A stretch of DNA of 64,000 nucleotides from NCBI GenBank assembly GCA_030141605.1, contig JAQGDQ010000585.1, positions 71,436 through 135,435 of the forward strand, written 5' to 3'. The notes below the pieces were generated by a model. It saw only the letters and a list, made by a program, of their open reading frames with translations, had not been told where the DNA came from and ran no database searches. Positions 12,961-25,500 of the stretch are shown in pieces (position 1 is the first letter of the stretch; each line of letters begins with the position of its first letter). This DNA comes from Tubiluchus corallicola. Lineage: Eukaryota > Animalia > Priapulida. Position numbers and translations under genes: made by a program.

Positions 12961-13807
12961 CAGTCTTAACAATTAATAGTTACGTTAAACGCAGATAAAT
13001 CAGTATTCCAAAGTCCCTACTGTCATGATTAAATGGTCGCATGGATAAACTGCAAAACTAAAAAACTTAGCAAACACCACAAAGTGACTCCACAATCATC
13101 ATCCTGACATATAGACATAGACATATCCTGATTATAATAGTACTTGATAATAACACATAGTAACTTAATAATAACACTATTATTACAAAAAATCTATTCA
13201 ACCCTGGCTCAAATTCACCGAAGCACAACTCAACATGCCTTCTTCAAAATTCGGGTTATCAAAGCCTACACCAAACCAATAATTTCAGCTGCAGAAGTAA
13301 TTAATAAGAAGACAAAAAGGTAAATTATATTTAATTAAACAATGATTAATAATTGCAAAACACTAAACCAGTAAAAAACACTACTAACCCAACACTTCAA
13401 CACTTACTATCAGCCAAGCTGCTTGGTGAGAACGTTGAAAATATTGAAATGTGGAAAGTGCATTTTAGTTCAGGTTACTTTAATTTTGTTTACCTTAAGA
13501 ATTTTCACTCTGATTGTTGTTTTAACCCTTTCTATTTCGCCCTGTCAAGTTACGGGCAGTAAGAAATATGAAATTAAGACAGCTGCAAGTCTTGGGTAAG
13601 GAATGATAAACTATTATTTTTCCATGTAATTACGTAAATAGTTAATTTATTGCCTTTTGAGACTCCATGGAGGCCGCCATGGAATAAAATTTAATGAAAA
13701 TAATTAAAAATATTATTTATCCAGACACCATGTAGTAATTTAGTCAAAAAAATTAAAAGCTCATGTTGGCTACTGATATAAATAACTTACTTTGAATAAG
13801 TTTATCC

Positions 13808-14290
13808 TAATTGTCTTATCTTGTCTTGTGCTGTCTTGTTTTGTGTTGTGTTGTGTTGTGTTGTGCTGTCCTGTTCTGTCCTGCTCTGTCCTGTGGCTCA
13901 AGTCCTGCCCTGCCCTGTCTTGTCCACATGTCTCTTCTTTTTCCTGTCAGGATAACCGTTACGTGGTATGGTTCACCCATTTTAGTGAGTACCAGTTTTC
14001 TGCTAGAAACTGTCTGGACAAGGTAGGGTCAAGAGTGTTAAACACTAATTACGATTTTATATTCGGTATTAGCACAATTTTATCAAATGAAAAGGTGGGG
14101 ATTGGTAAAGATAAGGCAAGGCAGGGTAATGTAAAATAAGGTAACATAACGTAACGTAAGATATAGTAAGATAAGGTAAGGTAAAGTAAAGTAAGCCTAG
14201 CTCAGCTGAGGCAAAGTAAGATAAGACCAGATATAGTGGGCTGGGAATGAATGGGATGTGAGGGAAGGGCAGGACAGGCAAGAAAAGGCG
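13808..14290. repeat. Pentanucleotide microsatellite blocks in opposite orientation
   Basis: (TTGTC/TTGTG/CTGTC)n at 13810-13925 and (GATAA/GTAAG/GGCAG)n at 14105-14285. Confidence 0.7.
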
Positions 14291-15149
14291 AGGGTAGGAG
14301 TATATATAGTAACATTTCATTGATGGACACTGTTTGAGTTCAACCAAAACCCGATACCCAAGCAGAACTGAATTCCATCTTTCCATGAACACCATAATAA
14401 TGGGGCCCATGATGAATCAATTGTGCAGGACAATGTCGTTGCACTGCAGCTTTGCTGAAATCTAGAAGAAACACGTCTATTACACTGTGACTGTATAAAG
14501 TAGATGCTCAGCCTTGTTCTAGGCCTAATCTTGTCAAAAGTGGGGTTACCTATAAAACACAGCTGTATAATTTTTATTGTTCCCAGGTCAAACCAATTAT
14601 TTTTAAAACAATTTATTACCATTACAAGTTGGCAATGGATTTTTACATTTTTCAGCCACAAACAAAGTGGAAAATTATGAAAGACAATATTCAAGTGTGT
14701 GCAATAAATATGTACTGTGAACGGCTCCTGGAAAGTGGAAACCTGGGCTAATAGTGAAGATAAGCGAGTCGTGATGGTAATCAGGAATCACAGCAAGTAT
14801 GTGCTAAAGGTTTTTGTTATTGCGTGTTAATTTCTTTTGGTGAAGAAATTTGAATGCTGGATATTTCTTTTATTTTAAAGTTATGCCTGCCCAATGTCTA
14901 CAATTAACATAATGGGCGTCTGATGACGAAAATTTAATCTCTGATTTTTTGGTCACAATGGTCAGGTCTGGAAGTAAGTAATAAATTAATCTCCAGGCAG
15001 TTTCCAGCTTAGGTGGTTTTCATTGACCAGAAGCCAAATTGCGTCAGTGTAATTATGCAGTGTTTTATTGAGATCATTCGTTTAAACATACGTTCACATC
15101 TCAATTAAGCCTTTTGGCAAATAAAAATTTCTCTTTCTGTTACGAAGAC

Positions 15150-16063
15150 TGTTGGGAGCCGTTTGGACCACTGCGCCAAGTAGACCACTTGATGCGCTAA
15201 AAGTAGTGTCCTACATGGGCAGCCCAAGTAGGACACTAGCGATTTTTATCGAGAAACTTGCTCTGGCAAAACTTGTTTCCAGTTTATATTACCATTGTTT
15301 ATAAGTATTGTTATGACATAATAAAGCATAAAACAAAATTTCTTTTAGAAATGGATATTCCTTGGCAATTTACAAATGCATTTCTTACAATAATTTCATC
15401 ATTATGATTAACTCCATTAATATATCATAACATTAAACCTAGTATCTAATGCTTTAAAGAGAGAAATTCTGCACACGGTTATTACAGAAATAATTGCAAA
15501 TTTAAAAATGAGACAGATGCTGCTAAGCCTTCACAACACCAAAAAGTAATTTTTAACATTTAAGAAAAGCAAGGATAATTAGTTTTAATATTATCAGTAG
15601 TATTGTAACATGTAGGGCACTGTCCTACATGGCTCGCTAGCCCATGTAGGACACATAGATCGCTAGAACGTTTACTTATAAGAAAACAATTATTTGTCCA
15701 AGAGGTAGTGAAACGGATCACCTGTTTGTGAAGTGAGACAAAATCAAAAATGATATACCTTAAACAAATGTTGAATTCGCAAAAAAGTGGGGTTTTTTCA
15801 CTTCAACAACATTAATATCGAAACCAAATTTAATATTGTCCGTTCTACCAGCTCAGAATAAAATTCTTTTATTTTATTAGATGTATAATAAATTATTCAA
15901 CGTGTATTAACGTTTTTAATTATTATTATTACATAAACAAGCACAACGGACGGTGTCAGTACACTTAACGACTGAATTCACGACCTGTCTCTAGTGTCCT
16001 ACTTGGGCAGCCCAAGTAGACCAATTGGTCTACTTGGCGCAGTGGTCCAAACGGCTCCCAACA
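15150..16063. mobile_element. Non-autonomous DNA transposon with TGT..ACA ends, 38-bp perfect TIRs and 5-bp TSD (Ginger2-like)
   Basis: AAGAC|tgttgggagccgtttggaccactgcgccaagtagacca ... tggtctacttggcgcagtggtccaaacggctcccaaca|AAGAC; internal palindromic repeats gtgtcctac.tgggcagcccaagtag at ~15204, 15620 and 15993. Confidence 0.85.
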
Positions 16064-16567
16064 AAGACAACTTGTGATTTGATCTCCACCACATGTGAGG
16101 CACTCTTTTTAAAGTGTAACTGTAAAGTACAAAATACATAATGCTTTTTGCTACTGGCCTGCTTAAGCATGTTATTGTTTAGTCACGTGCTTGTTGCTTT
16201 CCGAATGTCATCATAAATTATTCGATTATGTCACATCTCTACATATCACCTGTATATTTTTTGTATTTCTACGTTTGTTTGCATAAGATCTTCAGCTTGG
16301 ATGCCGTTGAATGGGACAAACATTTACACCTGAGGTGTACATTTTGCGAAGAATTTGTGTCTAAACCAGTAGTTAGCAAAATAGCAACAAACGTCAAATT
16401 CTGTGAAGTGTAATTAAATATCGCTTCTGAAAATTTAAAGATATTTGTTGCTTATTCTTTTTAAATCCGTGAATGACTTTATATCCAGGATATGCTAAAC
16501 TGTTTCTAGATTACCCTCGTACATGACTACAGCATTGAAATGGTATTTGGTAGGAGCTTTCTGAAAC

Positions 16568-19500
16568 ATGGGTAAACGAAAAACAAGAAAAACGTCATCA
16601 CAACCTACGGTTACAAGCAGCAATTTGCAAGCTAGTCTTAATACAGATATAAAGGTAAGTTTATCATGGAGTAAACTGTATATATATATATATATATGTA
16701 TGTATATGTGTGTGTGTTCTGTAGAAATTACGAAGTTGCCTTCTACTAAATATTTGTACCACTATGAAAATTGCTGTCAACAGCTCATTGTGCATAGCGC
16801 CTTACCAGTAACATCTCTCTTGACGGTACACAAGCAACAAAGCTCAAAAACCAGTTTTTTTTAAAGTTATAGCTTTTATTGAATGATGCTAAAATGTTCA
16901 CGAGAAACATGTATATATGTTTCTACATGCATATAGAAACATGCATATGTTCCCATATGCAATCAATTTTTAAATTTCACTTACAATAACAAACAATTTG
17001 TTTTGGACTGAGATATTTCACAATTGTAAGCAAAAGCAATCAGGCACTGCTGTGGTCACTGTTTTGATAAAGGATGGCTACAATAATCAGTTGTGATTTT
17101 GCTTGTAGCGTAAGATACTGCCCAAGTCGCGCTTGAAGACAGTGATGCCTGCTCCTTCTTACCAACTTTACAAGTGGACGCTAGAACAACTGGATGAGTG
17201 CGATGTCATAGTGGAAGGGTTGTTAGAGTAAGTGCCTTATAAACCATCTTTAAGACAGAGCACCTACATTACTTTCGTGCTTCTTCTTCTTTATGTACTT
17301 TGACGAGTATTTAAAAGTTGGTGTAACATCATATTTAATAACATAGAGTCTGTTGCTAAATGGGGAAGCCGTGGTAGCCTGGTGGTTATCTTAAACAATT
17401 TTCTTTGATAGTTGTTAGCTGAACATTGATAGTAAGCTAATGTTTCTCTTACAACCATCCTGAATTAGCAACTAATTCTTTGGATGTTAGTCTAGTTCCC
17501 AATGCATACACATCAGACTTTCTTTGGCTAAAGCTTTACTGTTGTATGCACTAGGCTCTGACTTACACAGGGTTTATTAGACTCGTGGTTAACAGAATCA
17601 GTCCCTTAATTGACTCAAAAACTCAATGACCTGTTCACATGTATATAAAAACTGTCAGCAATTAACTCTAAAAACTCTGCAGAGTTGAGTCAATTTTTAT
17701 TTCTGATACTTAAAATAAAGACATTGTGTGTGATCAAAGAGCTTTTGCTACTTTTATATCATCTTTACTTCCCTTTTTTAAGCACCATAACATAATAACA
17801 TCCATAGAAACAGTTATGTTAAGTATGGTTTTGTTTGCAGGCAGGTTCAGTCATTTTGCACTAGCAGTTTTGCTTTGAATCTGCAAACAATTCGTTCACT
17901 GCAATTAACCTCATTGCCCCAAAATTTATGGAAGCTAATTTTTTAAACACATGCCTCGAGCGGTTTTGTTTTGAAACTCTTGCTGCTTTTTGCAGAACAT
18001 TTAATCAGTTAAAGCTTGCTCTTATGCCACCGATGCAGTGTCAGTAATCTGTCAGTGTTCTTTGCAACTTTACAAGCCTAAGTTATATCAGATGCTAAGT
18101 TATCATCATTATGCTACATCATAAATTATATCAGTTACTCATAAGAGTAACTAAGAGCATCAGATTAATTTTGAACAATACAGTAGAACATAAGCGTAAA
18201 GACCTAATATTTAAAGCTGTTGCAACTTCTGCAATGCATACTAAGCTGGCAAGTGATGACTCGTACTTCTATACTAGTAATACTACACTGTACTGCTACG
18301 ATATATTCAGTTGGTTAATAGGGCAAAACACTTCCATCCCAAAGTGAGTCTACTAAGCAGCACCTAGTAGCTTGTGTATTTCCAAATGTTGCTGCATCTG
18401 AGTTGGAACTGCAATAGACACTTTAGGTTTGCTTTAGCAATTTTTAACCAGCAGCCTAAGTACCAGCAGGTGGGAACTAGCAGCTCATTTCTGTTCAATA
18501 AATCTTTAACATGTTAGTATGCCTAACGGTTTATGTTGTAAACAGTGTACAACCTAACAGATAATTAGCTAAAAAATTAAGATTCTAAAGAGTTGTGAAT
18601 GAGATACAGATCTGAAGCTGGAAACTTGCACTTAGTACAGGCGCGCTCTACACATGAGGCCCATGATGGAAAAACCAAATACATTTTCTTGTCTTATCGC
18701 ACACACTTGCATCTATTCTATGCCAATTGTAAAGGCTGTAAGTTGAAGTAAAGAGTCTTTTAATGTTAGAAGCTCTCAGGAGGTGGAAATAATTCACTTC
18801 TTTTTGAGTTCTCATTTTATTTTAGTCCTACACAAGCAGGAAAGTACTGGCACAGTTCTCCTATCATTCATGCACTGGATGCTACGACATTGCAGACACA
18901 TAATGGAAAGATCTACAAACTCATGACAGACATCGATGCAGAAACGACGAGAGACCGTCATGGTATATAAGTATTCGTCAAAATTTTAATGCAACAGTAA
19001 ATATTTTCAAGTTTCAATTGAGTTTCCAGTAAATAAACACGAAGAACAAAGTTAGCAACTCTTGAAAATTTTTACATAGACCTTTTATTAATTACTAAAG
19101 TCAAGTTCAGCTGGAAGTTAACACAGAAGATTATTAAAAAAAATCTGTTTCTGTAATATTTATATTTTTGCTGTGACAGTGTAAAAAGAGAAATCTTATT
19201 ACCAAACACAAGACTTAACAATGGGTAGAAACTATTGTGCACAGGTTTATAAGACGTGGCTGAGCCTTTTAAAAGTGTTTATTGTTGTTTTTATTACTAT
19301 CTCTTATTTTATACCTTAGCCACAATTTGTGCAGATTGAAATTAAAAGGGTGTTTATTGTCTATAAAACATAAAGCAAGTTTGTTTAAAATAAAGATGTC
19401 TGTTAACAACATAAGACAGGTTTATTGACTGAAGTAAATGAAATCTTATCGCCATCATTATCATCATCATCTACTCTTGCCATTACTTTCTGTTCGCCAT

Positions 19501-22500
19501 ATTCGTCTTAATGAGTTTGTTACAGAGGCACAAGGCCAGTATAAACTTGCTTCTGAATCAGTGTGGTTGATCGAATGAAAATATTTTTGTCCACAGGATT
19601 TTTGCCGGAAATAATTACAGCATTTACATCCGGATTTCCACGCAACTGGAAGGCGTTGATCCAGCAGAACTTTTGTGAAAGTCCATTGTTCAGGTAAGTT
19701 TACGTGTTGTCTATAATTATTGTTACATTGCCCAGGGCAACGGGAATGGTCTTACTAGTTAAACTAAGCCAGGTGTGTTCAATAAATGGAGAGGTAACCA
19801 CGGCAACTGCTTTTGGACAATTTTTGATCTCAGTGTGCATGGCGCATAAGTTAAACTAAGCCACGTGTTTTTAATAAATGGACAGGTGACCACGAGATCT
19901 GCTTTTGGACGATTTTTTCTGCTATACTACGTTTCTGCTATTATATTATTGAGGGACAATGCGTCGTAATATAGATTAAACTAGAAATGATTTCAAGTTT
20001 TTTCCATGCTTGATTTTCCAGATTTTCGATTATATTTTGATTTTAACTCACAATTTTTCGATTCTCATCTAAAAGAAACTATTCTAGAAGTACGCAACCA
20101 TGTTTCTTGGCTTGTGGCAGTTGCCTATATATTTACAGCAAACTGCCAAGTTACAGCACATCATGAGTATTAAACTTTTTTTGGCGCTCTCCGTGAAAAA
20201 TTTCCCCTCAAAACGTTTTACTAGCTTACGGCATTTTTCTCATAAAGCGATTTGACGGCACACAATCAGGAGAAACCTTTGTGATATGTGGCACTATGTG
20301 CAACTGGCATTAACAGCGGGTTAATGCTAACAAGTTTTCTTGCCAAGTAAATTCCTGAGGTAACTTGGAGGCGTCGTCAGACTAGAGAACAAAACTTGCT
20401 GCGAGTTACGGTCAACTTACGGTCTAAAAGCAATCGTGAGCTGGCACTCGATTCATGGCAAGAAACTTCTTGAGGTGTTCACATTAGACAGTAACTCACT
20501 GGAAATCAACTCGCAGCAACTGACGGACAGTTTGCAATAACTTTCCCATAATAACTTGCAAAGCAGTTCATGCTTGTGAGTTTGCTGTCAGAGGGAGGAA
20601 TCGTGACTGAGAACTCACTAGTCTGTATGCATAATTAAGGAAGCTGATGATGCATCTTCTCATAAATAATGGTGCAAAGTTAAGAACGAAAAATCTAATA
20701 TCTTAATATGGATAAAATGCCTGCAGGTTAAGTGTCTTGTCTCCTTATATGAAAATGAATAAACTTCATAATAATGTAGATTCCGATACTGCCACAACCA
20801 TCTACCATTATGTTGCACTGCATTTGAGCATTAGATCCAGGCCTGCAGCATATGAAACTACTTAAAAGTGCAATTTCAAAAATGTGCACTAGCTACATTT
20901 TTCGAGCATTTCAATTTGTACTTCCATTTATGTCATATATTAATATTCTCACACTCGTACAGTATCACTTACATACTTCATAAGTAGTTCGAGTTAATTT
21001 TTTTTAAATCATAATGTAAGATAACAAACAAAAAATGACGTTAGTCAAACCCGTTACAGGAAAATGAGAGATTTACTTGGAAAGGAAAATTGTGACAGCA
21101 GATACACGAGCAAATTTGTCGACAGCGATTGGGCTGATGAAGCGAATGGTACGGGTATGTAAAAACTAATGGTTTAAGAAAACTGCCGGCTTTGATAGGA
21201 GTCTTATTGCTTGCTGGAATGGAACAAAGTGTCTTGGCAGTTTTCTTTAAGAAAATTTCCTTATTGAGTTGGTGTATTTATTCTTTCTAGTTTACGAAAC
21301 TTGAAACTTGTTAAGAAAAGCTTGACGATTTTCTAAACCAATGGCTCATTTTTTACTCAAAGAACACTTTTCTTTCTTTTGAACCAACAAGGCTTTACGA
21401 AATTGCCGAATTAATTTTAGATTCATCACTTCATGTCAATGCAAGTGGTGCTGACAAGCCACTGGCGTAGCAGTGTCTAGCTTTTTGCTAAATTAGTGCT
21501 GTGTTAACCTGTTTTGTGGGCAGATTTCTGCTATTTTAGAATTCTTTCTGTGTCTGCAGTTGCATAATGGGTATGTGATGATAATGTTGTGCTAAATATG
21601 GTAGCCTCTATTCCGCAGAATTTATTGTAAGCAAGGTCAGATAAATTTGTTGTTATTCAAATCAGTTGATAAGGATTTTTTTGTATTTTGTTGGCACATT
21701 TATTTTGTTTTTAACATTCCCACTGGCGAATATCTTTTTATTCCCAATTCCTGCTTGAGCCATGTTTAATTGCTTGTTACTTTGGGCCGCACGTTTTAAT
21801 ATCTGCTGCTTGTGAATGATCATATTTGGTTCTTTTTGCAGGCAGTTTGAAACAGCAGGAAACAACCATGCAAAACCGAAAAACTCTTGCCAAACCCACG
21901 GTAGCACAGGTATTGTACAATGTCTAGTGTAAATAGTCATTCAGGTTTTCTTTAGCTATGCTTAGTTAATAAGCAAGTATTTTGAATTTTCTGTATGCAC
22001 AAGTTGGACATAAAAATAACTAGAATGACAAATAATTAAAATGTAATTTTTCACTGAAATTCCCCCCCCCCCCCCCCCCAGTTTGAGTGCAGTTATTGTA
22101 ACCGCCATACATCGTGCCTGATGTTGCATTAAAATACTGATAATTCTTCTCATTATGCTTCCAAGTTAATTCTTGAGTCTAGCTTGAAATACAAGAAAAC
22201 AGTTACTCAATGTAGCAAGATTAATAATTTTTGTTGACAGGCAGATGATGACATATGACAACCAGCTAAGAAAATATAGGTAAAATGAAAATGAATTAGA
22301 TAAGTGAAAGATCAGCTACTAAGTTTTTGCCAGCTTAGAGCTACATAGTAAAAAGAAATGAGCTTAATGGACTAATTAACGTTATCTTTATATCAGAGAA
22401 GTTATAACCCAAGATATTTCACTAAAGACAAAACACCAGGATTTTAATGTTATTTTTGTGGACAGTTAAAGTCTAAACAGGATAAACTAGGAAAAGTAAA

Positions 22501-25500
22501 GATGAACATACCTCTGGGCGAAATAACCTGCCATTGACAAAAACTGTGAGCTAATCTTTCACTCATTGTGAGGTTATCAATAAATTCTAAGTTTTTGAGA
22601 CAAATGGTAAGTAGTAACCACAAGGTCCACAACAGCGTAACAATATGTATGGCAGATCCATTTAGGAACCACATATAATGATATCAAGTTTGGTGCAGGT
22701 AGGTAGGTGGCAGGAGATGTGATAACGTCTTTATAATGCAAGGTAGGTGGGTGATTTAGTCATGATACCGTTATCTGACTTCACTCTTTGTTCCGCCAAT
22801 GTCAGTAGAATCCACTTATGGTTTCCTGTTAATTTACACAAATGATGTTCTTACCTGTCCTTGAGAGGAGGATGAATAAAATGTACAAAAAGCTAAACCA
22901 GTGTGGTATCTATATCAATGTAAGGGTTAGGTAGTGGGTGGACTCATGAGATTGCCATTATAATGTAAGGCATGTAGGTTCTCGAAATCAGCCAAAAACT
23001 TGATATCATTGCATGTGGATGGCTTCTTAATGGGAGTATTTGAGGGCTGTATTAGGAAAATGAAAAATTTATTTTCATTGTGGTCCATAGTATCTTCACG
23101 CAAAATTTCAGCCTCCTACGATGAAAACTGTGACCTATGATAACTTTCACAGCTACGTGTAACAACAACAACAGTAACGTGATCAAGCATTAGACATCTC
23201 GTACATCATACTGGATCCAAGAATTCATAACACATGTGCCAGATACCTTCACTCATTACAAAAACAGTTTACATTGTATTCAAAATAAATGTCAGTATAA
23301 AAGCGAAGACAAATTATGTATTGTGGGTCAGTTGGTGAGGCGGTGAGTGTGTGAAAGGTTATCTAAGTGGACAATGTGAGACAGTGTGTGATCAACAAAG
23401 ACTGAGTTTTCCTAAGAACATGATCTAGCTAGTTGGTGAGACTAACCATTACAATGATAATAACTTATGATCTTTTGCTTGCACTGTGGCAAAATTTTCT
23501 TAGTGCAAATGTAAAAACTGATTCTGTTTTTTAAAGATTTTAACATGTTTTGTTGTTTCAAAAAAGTTTTTTTTTGCGTAATTTAGTTTTCGTAAAATTT
23601 TAAAGAAATGCTTAATAGTGCTGTATGAACAGTTTCGATTTCGAAAACTTATTAAAAGTATAAAGATTGTTTAGTGGATTTAGTAGGATCTGGTGTTAAA
23701 CTATCGTTACACAGTTTTCTGCAATTTTTATTTTATCGTTCATTAAAATATTTGTTTTGTTGTTTGAAATTGTGCAAATTGTTAAATTTAATTTGGCAAT
23801 TTCTTCATTAACTTTCTGTTTCCCTTTTCCCATTAGAATCGCAGATCAAGCACCTTATCTTTGAGGAGATATGAAGCGGACTCTTTTCCTGGGAAAACAC
23901 TTAGCAATTCCACTTCCATTCCCCAGGACTTCCTGGAAAACACTCTCCAGGCAGCACCTCCCGGTGTATTTGATGCTAAAGCAACACCTCCGAACCGTTT
24001 GGTGATGATGCTAAATTGTAATACACCTCCTCTGAGCGTTAGTAATCCATCTCAGGGATTAAATGCTTTTGTTAATGCAAATGGCCAGTGTTCTAGTGCA
24101 AGTAAAACTCAAATTAACAACAATGATAATAAGACGGTCATTGGAAGTGCAAATGATGGTACAGAGAATGCCTTAGCCACTGCCAGTTCTAGTGAACATT
24201 CTGTGAACATGGGAGAAAAAAGATTGATTACTAGAACTCAGAGAGTCAGCGCGTCTACTAGAAGGCAAAAGAAAACGGTGGCGTTACCGGATTTTACGCC
24301 AGTGTCGCGAAGGACGAGAAGTAACGCCAGACTTGCAACAGCTGTGCCCATGGAAGAGAAACGGTCAGACGGAAGGACGAGAAGTAACGCCAGACTTGCA
24401 ACAGCTGTGCCCATGGAAGAGAAACGGTCAGACGGAAGGACGAGAAGTAACGCCAGACTTGCAACAGCTGTGCCCACGGCAGAGAAACGGTCAGACGGAA
24501 GGACGAGAAGTAACGCCAGACTTGCAACAGCCGTGCCCATGGAAGAGAAACGGTCAGACGGAAGGACGAGAAGTAACGCCAGACTTGCAACAGCCGTGCC
24601 CACGGAAGAGAAACGGTCAGACGGAAGGTCTTTTCAGACTGAAAAATGGACCGATATTGATGGTAGCATCACAACAACAAAACTTCAATCTGCCATGTCA
24701 AAGACAAAAGCAACAGCTAACACGAAAAAATCTCTAGACTCGCAAGTCCAAAAAATCAATAATGTTTCGGTAGCTCTGAGTAGAACTGACTGCACTGAAC
24801 CTATCGTGATTGTCGAGAAAATGAAGTCACAAAATTCTACTGCAATAATTACACAGCATCGCAAGCAGTTGCAAGCACTGTCACCAGTTGCATGCAGAAC
24901 AAGACATAAGGGATCTCAACATGTTAGTGTAACTGCTGAACAGGTGCCTAAGCCGGTGTCGAAAAAGTCGCCGCATTCGACGACAGACGTGAGAAAGAAC
25001 CGGAAAGATGTTGGGAATCAAAGAACAACACAACCGAAAAAAGCTGAGCGACCTTTACGGCAAACTAGAAAAACGGTAAGCACAACTGAAAAGTGATAGA
25101 TTTGATTAGATGACATTATGTTAGATTTTACTGTTGAACGATACTGAATATGATGCATAAAGGTCATAACAGTATTCATAAACCTAGGTACAAAAAAGTT
25201 GTTTTTCAAATTATGAAAGAGAACTCGTATATTGAACCAGTTCATGCATGATACTAAATTTCACTTCGGAAAAACAAGTGCATATCTACATTTGCTGTGC
25301 TTTAAAGGTTTCAGGGCTTAACTGGATCTCCCACTTGCCATTTTAGTAGGCAAGGTCTCACTTGTCTGATCTTCTATGCTGATGAAAAACAAACAACAAA
25401 GCATACTTCAGAGTGCCTTGAAAGTAATGCTCGTTACAGCTAAGTGTTATACAATCTTGCTAGGCAGAATGTTGCACATGAACAATGAAGGAATGCGTAA

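Noticed and set aside
22245-22279. Possible small MIS18BP1 cassette exon (MMTYDNQLRKY)
   Set aside because: Requires an alternative acceptor in the next exon; cannot be supported without transcripts
24238-24737. Three alternative-frame ORFs over the 63-bp repeat
   Set aside because: Shadow frames of the MIS18BP1 coding repeat
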